Source: the human T2T-CHM13v2.0 reference genome, Homo sapiens
Assembly (NCBI RefSeq): GCF_009914755.1
Contig: NC_060926.1
Reading direction: 5' to 3' (one strand)
DNA length: 64,000 nt
The notes under the pieces were generated by a model, which saw only the letters and a list, made by a program, of their open reading frames with translations, did no database searches and was not told the DNA's origin. Position numbers and translations under genes: made by a program. Below, in pieces: positions 24,531-35,640 of this stretch. How positions within the stretch are numbered: position 1 is the first letter of the stretch; every line of letters begins with the position of its first letter.

Positions 24531-26444
24531 TGAAGGAATGTTCAGGCACTGGTTATGTTAGGACAGTTACCAGGACTCCCCTCCCCTTAACCTGTCTCCA
24601 CCTTTTATAGCAAAAGCAGGAAGAACAGAATTCCACCTGATAGCATCCATCCCCACTGCCCCCATCCATCCAAATGATAGCAGCAAGGGCAAATACACCT
24701 CCTGGAGAGATTAGCAGTTTTCCAGGAGTCTTCTAGCTTTTAGTGTGTCTGGGGGATTTTTACAACCCACAATTAAACTCTGCATTGAAAAGCAGGGGGA
24801 AGAAAGGCATCTATTGCCTCTTAGCTGAGCAGCCCATGAACTGGAGTAAGTACCTCCTTGTTAACAAATGCCATGCCTGGATTTCCTCTCACCTGAGAAC
24901 CCTTGCTATCACTGCAGTTGGAGAAAGGTAAGGGTTTGCCGTTTTGCTAGAGTCAATAACTTTTGAGTAATCTGCATCATATTTGTGGTTGAGCAAAGTA
25001 GTAACTTTCCTCTGAATTTGTTGCTTCTCTAAGTAAAGGAAGCTTTCAAAATTAGTGGAAAAGATTGTGTAGTTTTATCCAAATATCTAAAGACAAGCTA
25101 AAACCAGGGTGGACATTTTATTCATGTAAATGATTGATGACATTCTCCTGGGTCAATTGAGATAGTGGGAAGCCAGGAGTCTTTGGACATCTTTTTAAGA
25201 AATGAGTGGACTTGAATGAGCATGTTGTGTGCACCCACCTGACCAGCATATGTGCATCCTGAATGTGAATCATGATTTTTTCTCCTGGGTGGAGCTGCAG
25301 GAAAAGATTTCATTCTAAATGAAAGAGGAACTGGACCATTTTTAACTTGTGAGTCACATGATGGGAGGAATTGCCAAAAACAGTTTTGATTGAATAATGT
25401 TCTCCTAATTGTGCACCTGCACCTGATCTCTAAGAAGAGCAATTCAGGACAAAGGGCAAAATGCCCAGTGCATAATAATGCATAAGGTAATAAGAACCTC
25501 TTCATGGCTATCCTGTGTCGGTTAAATAACATGGTTTGAAAACTGAATTAGGTTGTTTGTGAGGTTGGGCAGTGAATGAGGTCAATCGAGTAAGGTCCAA
25601 AAAATTCCAAATCCATTTGGGAGCCTTAAGCCTGTTGGATGTCTCCCCTTATAACCCTGATTTTTAGCAGACTGGTGAACAAGATTTTCAATGTATTTCT
25701 GTCATAAAATACAAAGAATGTAAATGGAAATATGGGAGTGTGGCCTCAACTGCCTTAACTTTGCCTGAGGCAATTTAATATGGACCAACTTCAAAAGATT
25801 AGGAAGCTTTAGTTTTCAACATTATCTTACATTGTCAACATTATCTTGGCTAAATGTTTTGATGCTGCGTCTGGTGTCTTTCATGTGACTGGAGCTGTGG
25901 ATGTAGATGCAGGAATCTGTGCAGGGCAGCTTTTCTGTATTTCCACCCATCCCTTCCTCAAGATAGCAGAAGGGCTCTGACAAGGAAAACCAAACACATG
26001 GGGTTGATGCTGTGTTTGAAAACCCTCTTGAGTTGAGATGTGTAAAGCATGTGCTTAGCCAGAGCCAAACATCTGCTTGATTCTCACTCCTCGCTGTCAC
26101 CCGGTGTCTTGTTGTTTACAATGTGCTGCCATAACTCACTTGGTGTGTAGGGTCATTCCTACCACTTCATTCCTTGAATGTCCGATCACCATCACTGCTG
26201 GCTGAAACGCAGTCCCTTCAAAGGCTTAAATAAGTCTTTTCTAAGGGCCGAAGAAGTGCTCTTGAGTTATTAGATATTTTTGAAAAAAAGGTTTTCTTCA
26301 TGTTCTTGCTTTTTAAATAGTTTGTTTGGCCCTTGAGTCGTCAGTTCTTTTGTCATATGAGTGGAATGGATAAGTTTACTAAGACTTGGCAAGGAAGAAA
26401 ATCTATGGGGAATTAGAGGCTGAATTCCTAATAATTAAGAACAA

Positions 26445-26576
26445 TTTTTAACGTTTATTTTAAGTTGAGGGGTACATGTACAGGTTTGTTACATAGGTAG
26501 GCTTGTGTCATGTGGGTTTCTTATACAGATTATTTCATCACCCAGGTATTAAGCGCAGTACCCATTAGTTATTTTG
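26445..26576 (-). mobile_element. Short L1PA (older primate) 3' end
   Basis: ttattttaagttgaggggtacatgtacaggtttgttacataggta...tttcatcacccaggtattaagc. Confidence 0.85.
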
Positions 26577-27029
26577 TGAGGATGAAGAGAACAAAAATTA
26601 TTTAAAAGACCCAGCCAAGGCGTTATTTTAGGGGCTTGTCACACACTTGTCACTCACCAGTTTAAATGATCAAATCCACATGTATGCTAAATTTAAGCAA
26701 AAATTAAAATATACAAAACCTAACAAAATTATCCTGGACATCGACTAAGAATAAAAGCCGGTCACCTGCAGTGTTGGCATAAGGGAATGGCTAGGGGGTG
26801 AGCAGTGCCATGGCCCCTCTGCTTGGAGAAGTGCAGTGGCTTTAGCTGCAAGCTCCAGCCCTGGTCCAGCCTGTTAATATCATCAGAGACCGTTAGGTTG
26901 GCCCTGCACATTCAAACCATGTGGCCCTGCCTTTGACTGCCGCATAGAATGTGAGAGCACCCAGCTCTCATCAGAAAATTAACCCCAAACACTCTGTATC
27001 CAGGTTTTATGAAAGGTTCAGTTGTGAAA

Positions 27030-27168
27030 AATATTCTCAAAGTGTGCTTCCTGGACCACAAGTTGGGCATCGCCTGGAAGCCCCAGTCCAGACACACTGA
27101 ATCAAATCTGCATTTAACAAGACCCCAGTGATTCTTGAGCACCCTGATGCTTGGGGCAGCAGCTCTGA
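27030..27168. mobile_element. MER5A
   Basis: ttctcaaagtgtg...actgaatcaaatctgcatttaacaagaccccagtgattc. Confidence 0.75.
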
Positions 27169-28399
27169 GGATTTACAGTCTCTCCATTTCAGCCCTCACT
27201 GTGCACTTGCTTGGGGCCTGTGCCTCTGGGGCGACAGTATGAGAAGGAGGCAGAGAAAACGACTCGTGTATTCTACTGAAATATGGAAAGGGCTGTGCCC
27301 TGTATCACCAAGTAATGTTTTAAGTGAGAAATTGCTCTCTGATATGGGTGTCAAGAGAGGGCCTTGTGGATACTGTGTATCTTACAATTGGTTACTTCCA
27401 TCATTTTGCCTTGGCTTGTAGAGAGCTCAAACTGAATACAGAGCCCAGCAGCTGTTCACAGGCACGTGGCATTCATTTTCCTTCTTGTTCAACTTGCCAG
27501 CTCCCCTTTCCCTCTACTTACTGCCCACACACCCAGCTCTTGTACTTAATTCTCTTTCTCCTGAATGTTTTTTGGTAACTACCTTCCATATTTTTTGTAA
27601 AGCAAGTGGGGAAATATATTAATATATTAATGCCATTAATGAAAACTAATGGTCATCTCTGATGGTGATGATGGTGATGTGTCCTCAAGTGATAAAAGAA
27701 GCTTTTGTGAGATTTCTCAAAGAACCACATGCTAAATTGCTCAGCCCCAGCCTTTGGCCTTCACGTCCACCCTGACAGCAGCTGCTGGGAGTCAGGTGTG
27801 GATATGCCAGGTGCACCAGTAGGTTGTGGTCATTAGTCCTTTCGTCATCAGAAGGGGAAGAGAGACTCCAACTCGGAGAGCTGGTGATTTTTTGCCTGTG
27901 TATGTATTGCTTGAATTAAGTTCTTTATTTTAGTTTAGTACACTGCTGTGTTCTCAATATATGTGACTTCATCCTCGCAAAACTATGGGGCTGGGTGTCT
28001 CCATTTTGTAAATGGCGGAAGTGAGGTGTTTGCTTGCCTAGGTTCCCGCAGTGGCATGGTGGATGCATCAAGGCAAAGCCAGTGACCTTAGTGGTCTTAG
28101 TTCTCTCACCGACTGACACAGAGGAAAGAAATCAGAGAGCTTCCTTGAGCCTGAGGCCATGGATAATAATGATCACTTAGACATGAAGTTTCAGAAAGAA
28201 AACAGAGACATCTTGAAATCCTTAGTGTCAAACGTTCAGATGAAAGGAGCATATTAAATGCCTCAAGAATCCCATTCACTGGGCCCAGTAATTTTTCTCT
28301 TAGTCATCTTTCTAAAGAAGTAATCTAGGATGTGACAAAACATTTTGGGAACAGGAATAATCATTACTGTGCTACTTAAAAAATTAAAATAACATTTGT

Positions 28400-28795
28400 A
28401 AAGGAGGCAAAACTCAATGGCTTACAACAAAAAGCTGTATTCTCATGCTCATGGGTGAGCACAAGAGCCACGGCTTGGCTGATGGGGCAGGATATGGATG
28501 GCTCAACTTCAGCCTAACCTTCAGGGGGACTTGACTCTGAGCTCTATTCTGGGTTCAGTTTTGCTCCACAGCTGTCTGGCCACATTCTTCTCCCAGTGGA
28601 TCAGCCATGCACTGGAGGGCAAGCTAAACCTCACAGCCCTGTGCCAATCCTCCCCTCACAAGACTGCTGACATCCCATGCTCTGTGTAAGCACAGGAACA
28701 AGGGAAAAACCCACAGGGCAGGGAAGTAGACTCCACTCATAATGGGAGACAGGGGCAAGTATATATTTGATGAGTGATCATAGAAATAACAACTG
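28400..28795 (-). mobile_element. Old MLT1 (H-K type) LTR fragment
   Basis: aactcaatggcttacaacaaaaagctgtattctcatgctcatggg...gggcagggaagtagactccactcat. Confidence 0.6.
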
Positions 28796-28879
28796 TGATC
28801 TAGATTTGCTTTGCATTGGCACACATTGTTCTTCAGTGGAGTACCATGGAAGGGGCTTATTGGTACAACAGCATGGCAC

Positions 28880-29090
28880 ACAATTTTGAAATCAGGCAGC
28901 CCTGACTTTGAGTTCTTGCTCTGCTATTAATATTGACTAGCTGTGCTCATATATATGTTCCTTAACTGCCACTAAGTCATAGTTTCCTCAATTGCTAAAT
29001 TGGGTTGTTGTGAGGATTAAATGAGAAAACAATGTGGAGCTCTTAGCAAAGTGATGGGTTCTTAGGAAGCAGCCAATAAGTAATCATAAC
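28880..29090 (+). mobile_element. MIR
   Basis: agtttcctcaattgctaaattgggttgttgtgaggattaaatgaga. Confidence 0.8.
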
Positions 29091-29384
29091 AGTTAATATT
29101 AGTGGTAGCTATTGGAAAGGTATTTGAGATTCAGGGATGAATGAAAATCACTGTAAATCTAGAACCCTACCCTTATCTAAACTATCAATCTCTTTTTATT
29201 GAACAGTTTCAAATTTATTTTTGATAAACAATTTTAATATAGTCAAACATTTATTAGAAGCAGAAAAGTCATTGTAGAGCACTTGAATTATATTTAAAAG
29301 TTTAGCGGTCTAAACTAGCAATCTAAGATGATTGTGAAATAAAGGCATTTAAAATCCTCCTACTTGCTTATCGGAACTACCATA

Positions 29385-29765
29385 CCAGTCAGGATAAGCT
29401 AAGCCACGCTGCGCTAACAAATGGCCTGCAGATCTTGGTGCTTTACACTACTAGCAAATGTTTCTTTTACGCTTCTGCTGCCTGTCCACTGGGGGTCAGC
29501 AGAGGCCGTCTTCTCTGTCAGCATCACTCTAGGATGCCGGCCACCCAGCAGCCTCTCTGTGCCACTCAGCAGAGGGAGAAGAGACCTGGGGAGCCACGTG
29601 CTGGCTCTTGTTGCTTCTCTTTGGAAGTGACACCGTCACTTTCACATATGTTTCATCAGCCAGAGAAAGTCAGCTATGGCTGGCTCAATAGAGCCAGTAA
29701 GTCTAATCCTCCTGAAGCAGAAGCTCTGCAGAGAGAGGAGCCAAATATACTGAACATAATACAGT
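29385..29765 (-). mobile_element. MLT1J/K-type LTR
   Basis: agtcaggataagctaagccacgctgcgctaacaaa...ggaagtgacaccgtcactttcacatatgtttcatcagccagagaaagtc. Confidence 0.7.
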
Positions 29766-30786
29766 AGACAAGAGAATGTGTGTGACTCTGAAACCATTAA
29801 GGGAGTAAAAGGAAAAAAGAAGGAAACAAAAAATGTGGAAAAAGAAACATGGCCATTAGAAATCACAACTTAAGGAAGTATCAAGTAATCAAAGCTAATG
29901 GCCGCTCAATAAATATAAAGAAACTAAACTCACAAAACAGACTCTCATATTGGATGATAAAACAAAATTCAAATATATATACACTTTACAACAGAAACAC
30001 ATAACATGAAATGACAAGAAAATTTGAACACTGAAAGAAGAAATGTTTACATCCCAGATCAAGAATCAACAAAAAGGAAGTGTTACTGTATTACCAATTA
30101 AAATAAGCAACCAGATTTTTCCCAAGAAAATACACACTTCACCTATATTCTCAAAATTGTTGGCAAAAAGTTAATCATAGTTGTGGTAGGCAGAAAAATG
30201 ATCCCTAAAAGGATGCTGACACCATAATCCCCAGCAAAGAAGCCCACGACATTAGGACTAAATAAAAATGTTAACCAGGAAGACATGAGAATTTAAAATG
30301 TGCATTATTATACAGTATGTTATCAAATAAATGAAGGAAAAAACTCACAGAATTACAAAGAGGCACTGACAAATACACAATCATAGTTGAAATACTTGTC
30401 TCACATTGATCTAAAGTCAACCTTTTGTGGTGTTAATTCCCCCAGCATCTCTGGACTGTACAGATGTGGGGCCGAGTAAGTCCAAAGGCCTCTTCTGCCT
30501 CAGGAGCAACAGGGAAGCCAGGGCAGGTCTGGGCAGTATGAACAGAACATAAGGAAGGTTCCGTGAAGTTGGTCCAAGTTCCTGCAGATAATCCATCTTG
30601 GCGGCAAGGACAGATGAGACCAGGAGAATCTGAAATGGGTACAAGAACTGTGTAAATCATGAACGCGCACAGAGAAACAGCAAACTGGGGACAAAGAGAG
30701 GGACCCCTGCCAACAGGGACTCTGAGATCTGTGTCTGAGTCCAGTCCCTGAAATCTCTGACCTTGGAACCTATGGTTAACTGAACA

Positions 30787-31669
30787 GTGGCCCACCAAGA
30801 TGTCCCCATCCTAATCCTGGAACCTATAACTATGAGACCTTACATGGCAAAACAGACTTTACAGATGTGATTAAGTTAAGGATCTGCCATGGCCTGAATG
30901 TGCCCCCTCAACAGTCATATGTTGAAGCTTAATCACCAATGTGGCAACATTAACAGATGGGGTCTTTAGGAGGTGATTAAGTCATGGAGCAGAGCCCCTC
31001 ATGAATGGGTCTGTGCCCTTACAAAAGTGCCTTTCCATCTCTTCTGCCACTTGAGGACACAGTGTTCGTCCCTCTTTCCCTTCCACCATCTGCCAAGTGA
31101 GAATACAGAAGCAAGATGCCATCTTAGAAGCAAAGAGGAAGTTCTTACCAGACACTGAATCTGCCAGCACCTTGATCTTGGACTTCCCAGTCTTCAAAAC
31201 TGTGAGAAATACATTTCTATTATTTATAAATTACCTAGTTTGTGGCATTTTGTTACAGCAGCACAAATGGACTAGGATAGGGTCTTAAAAAAAGGAAGAC
31301 CCTGGGCTATCCACATGGGTCATCTGCATAATCACAGAGTTCTTTATGAGAGGTGGCAGGAGGAGATAGAGAGAAATGAGAATGCCACGTGATGATGGGA
31401 GCGGAGTAGAGGTCAGAGCAATGCACTTTGAAGACAGAAAAGGGGCCATGGGCCAAGGAATGCAGGCATCCTCTCGAAACCATGCTAGATAAAGAAGCTG
31501 ATTCTCCGCTGAAGCCTCCAGAAGGAAATGTCCCTGCTGACACCTTGACTTTAGCCCAGTGAGACTCATTTTTGAATTCTGCCCTTTAGAACTTTAAGCA
31601 AATAAATGTGATATTGTCAAGCTACTGCATTTGTAGTAGCTGTTACAGCAGCACTGGAAGCTCATGCAG
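30787..31669 (+). mobile_element. MLT1D-type LTR interrupted by an MST LTR
   Basis: 5' part ccttacatggcaaaacagactttacagatgtgattaagttaag; 3' part gccaaggaatgcaggcatcctc...gttacagcagcactggaagctcatgca. Confidence 0.85.
30885..31279 (+). mobile_element. MST (MaLR) solo LTR
   Basis: tgccatggcctgaatgtgccccc...gcagcacaaatggactaggata; 5-bp TSD-like ggatc/gggtc. Confidence 0.85.
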
Positions 31670-34600
31670 ATCCCTTTCTTTGATTCTGGGAGCTACATCT
31701 GTGCCCCTCCTTCTTACTTAATAGCAAGTCCGTTCGTTTTTTCTGTGTGTTGTTTGCATTGGAGAGAAGGGAGAAGTCCTGAACTATAATCAGTCTGTAC
31801 TCTGTAAAGTGACAGAGGCAATGTCCGATGTCTCAGAGCTGCCGCTGAGGGCAGGGCTGCACCACAGGCTGCCCAGGGAGCCAGTGCAGAAAAAGGGCAG
31901 CCCTTTGGTTGCCTCCTCTGCATCTCATGGTCTTGCTTCCACTCATGCAGGTGACCCTCACTGGTACATCTGAGAGAAAATGCACTCCCAGGAGCAGCTA
32001 CTGCTCTTGTGAAGAATATTCCTGGAGGAGTCCACACGGGTGGAGTGGATCTTGGAGGGATGGGCCCAACGCAGCCTCCCTCAGTGTGCGGGGATGACAT
32101 GAGTGGGGGCTCTTCTTCCTCTGGAGAGGGTTTCGGGGCGAGAAAGATGAGCAGGGACTGAACTAGTTTCTGGTCTTCAGGTTCCAAAATAAACCTCTGA
32201 GATAAACCATTCGGGGTCATTGCTGCAGGTTTGTTCCTGAGAATGCGGGGACATTCAGAGTGGGAAAAGTTGGCTTTCTGGTGTGGGGACATCAGGTCCT
32301 CTGACTCCCACTGTGTGTATGACAGACCTAAAAATCAATGTGCATGTGTTTATAAAATGATGCAGAAAAATTACAGTGTCTTCTAGTCTCTGAAGCATGG
32401 CTTCTAACAGCCTTGGCTGGTTTATACTTCAACTTCCAAAACCATCTTTGGGAACCCAAGTCTTTATGGTTTTAGAAAAACAGCCTCAGACACCCGATGA
32501 CTCCTCGCATGATTTTCCATCCATACTCCCCCAGAGCCCTGATTCCCCAACCAGTTCCAGACGTCTGAAAAGAGACAGGCATGCTTTGATGGCGCACTTC
32601 TCCAGTTGAATTTGTTCTTTGGTGTTTAACTTAGAGTAGGAAGAAAGATATCTAGAAAGGAAACCCATTGTTTTCAATGTCTTTAAAGCAAAAGAATCAC
32701 TATCTGAACTGTCTTGCCTGTCATCATCTTAATCTTAATTGCCCTTCCATCTCTACGCATTTTGTATATAACAGATCACTCTTGCCGCCAGAGCTACCTT
32801 GAACTGCTCTAACTAAGCCAGCCTGCTGTAAGCACAGCACCCCTGACAGAGGTCTCCCAGTGGTGTCTGGAGCATCACCTGCTACCCTGCTGTCCTGACA
32901 TGAAACCATGCTCCTCTGTGAAGCTGTGCTCTCTCAGTGACATTGGTCCTGCCGTCACCCTGGCCTTGGCAGATACATTGATCTACCTCATCTCCTGTTT
33001 CCCAAATCCAACATAGTACAGCAGAAACCAGTCTACATATTTTAATACAATTTTGTTGAGAGTTCAGGGATAATGGTAGAAAAATACATCCCAGAGTTTA
33101 CCTTACACTGATGTAAGGGACCTTTTCTCCAGATCCTTTCAAAGGCCATCTGGCTACCTACAAACATTTCACAAGGTCTCAGATGTTCAACCTGAGACAG
33201 CGGCTGGGCCAGGGGAGCTCTGCCCAGCTCCGTGCTATTGTTTTTCAGGCGCTCCCCACCCACGGTCCAAAGGTCTTGGGTCCAGCGCCACAGAGCTGCT
33301 CTGCCCCTTCAGAGACCAATGCATGCATAGAAAACCAAAGAACATTTCCTCCAAGCTCCTGCCTCGTTCCTGGACTTTCAGGAAACCCAGAGCTCTGGAG
33401 AGCACATTTAGAAAGCTACTGGCTATTTACATGAAGCTATATTCTCCCTCCAAAGGTACACTGGGTTTGCTTTCATATCTTCAGCCAAAACAGCACATTT
33501 GGTGAGCATCTTCTCTTTTGCTAAGAGGCCCATGAGCAACTTTTCTGCCTGCTGAGGAGACTTGCAGGCTGTTCTGTGTCTTCTGCTTTGGGCAGCTGCT
33601 TGCCCTGGCTGTGGAAGGCTCCTGGAGTCCCCTGGCTGCTGACCTGACAGGACCAGCCACACGCCCCTTACATTTGCTCGTACCAAGGCTCAGCAGCCAG
33701 GCTGAGAGGCTGTTCTAGCCGTTTCTTGGCCCTGTCTCCACAGACCCTCACCAGGGGCTGGCAGAGTCCCTGGGCTTGCCCCATGCACATTGGCAAGGCT
33801 GAAGGCTCGGACAGGAGATATCCTTTCAGAGTCACTGACGGTTACGTGCCAGCCACGCACCCTCCGACCTCTCCTGTGCTGTAACCCCAGCACCCTTGTC
33901 TGTGTGTCTTCTCAGAGGACAGGAAAGAAGGGAGGTGCCTGCTTGGAATGAGAGCATAGACTTTTTCCATCTAAGTAAAAGTGCTGGGATGCTAGATCCA
34001 CAGGTCTGTTTATGGGCATAGAAATGCTTTACAAACAGAGCTGGTGTGTTGAATCAGTTGTTCAGGGAATCTGTGCTCCTTTTCCTATCTCCAGGGGTCT
34101 GCGTGTTATGGAATTTGGCTAACACCAACCTGAATATGATCTGCCTAAATCACAGCCCGGCTCCTGCTACAGCGCTTTCCTTTCTTTCTCTCTGTAACTC
34201 GGATGTGCAAACATTGGTAAGAGAAACCAGAACTCAGGGACAATGAGAGCAAATGGCTGTGCGTAGATGCCAGCATTTGTCACCCCTAAGGCGAGGGTCC
34301 TCTTTCTCCTTGTGCTCCTGTCTGCCAGGGGAGCAAAAGTTTTATTGGAGAAACTAATCATTGAATTAACTTCAAAATACATTCAGAACCTTTGGCATTT
34401 ACAAATCCATCCTGTAATTAAAAACACAAATAACTGAAGGTTTTTCCATTGTTCAAAAGTATTGGTTAATTGAATTATTTTGTTGTCATTTTTTGTGTCT
34501 AGTTTGGTCTAGACAAATATTGGGAGGGGCACTAAGTACTTCATCTGTTTTCTAACTTCATAATAGAATTGAAGAACCATTGCGTATGTGAATTTTGACA

Positions 34601-35640
34601 CTCCACATATCCTTAATGTCAATCCCTGAAAAGAAATTTGCTGCACTTGGGAAAATTGAAAATTAAAAATGCCCAAGTCTCAAAATGGATTTCTTCAGCA
34701 TTACAAGAAAAAAAGATAGAACTGGTGTTTTTGTTTAATTGGCTAAATTTTTCTAGCACAGAAAAAGATTTGTTTCTTTCAAGTTTGGAGTGCAAGCCTT
34801 GAGCCACTCTGGTGTCATCCAAATTCTAAATGTGCTCATACTCAAATAAATCAAGACCTACGTACATATACGTGTGCACACATCTGTGTATGGAAGCACT
34901 GACTGCATGGCAGAAATCATGGATCAAATCTTCTTTCCCTCCCCTGTCTTCTTTCTCTCCCTACAGCGTCTTTTCTTCCTGTTGTACCCTTGCTGTCTGT
35001 GCACTAAAGCACAACCCGAAGCCGCACCTTCTCTGGGACAGCAGCCCCCTCAGCAGGCCTGGTGCAGGTGTGAATCAGCATTGGGGGCTGCTGAAGCCCA
35101 CCTGAAAGCCTGGTGGCCTCAGCTTCACTTTTAGGGCAGATAAAGGGTTTGTGTTGGCACCAGGCTTGAACCAGCTTCTTGTTTTCTTTGGGGCCAGGAC
35201 CCTAGTCTAGTGCAGCTTCACACTCCTGTGTAAGTGGCAGCCCCTCTCCAGTCCTGGATGTAGGAGGCCCCATCGGGACCCTGAGGGCTGCGACATGGGC
35301 CCTGTATGCCCAAGGCCCACGCACAACATGGGGACACCAGCTCCCCACGGACGCTCCTTGCACGCCCTCCCTGCATTCCCCTCTCTACATCACTAGTAGA
35401 GAGGGCCCTGCTTTCTTTCCACCCCTTTCCCCTGCATGCCCCCTGCTGCCTAAGAAAGCCCCTGGAAGAAACCCAGCTTCTTGAAGTGGTTAAATAAACA
35501 GGAGGCTGTGATTCATTCAGCATGGGGTGGCGGGAGGGGGAGGGACCTTGCCAGATCCGTCATGTGGTGCCTCTTCCTTGTGAGCCTCTGAGTCACAGGG
35601 CAGCAGGGGTGGCGTCCTCAGGGATGAAAGCTGAGGAGGC

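Noticed and set aside
29486-29501. CTCF-like ccactgggggtcagca
   Set aside because: Two core mismatches and it is part of an MLT1 LTR; weak
31714-32292. 192-aa minus-strand ORF
   Set aside because: No recognisable homology or exon structure; length plausible by chance in GC-richer DNA
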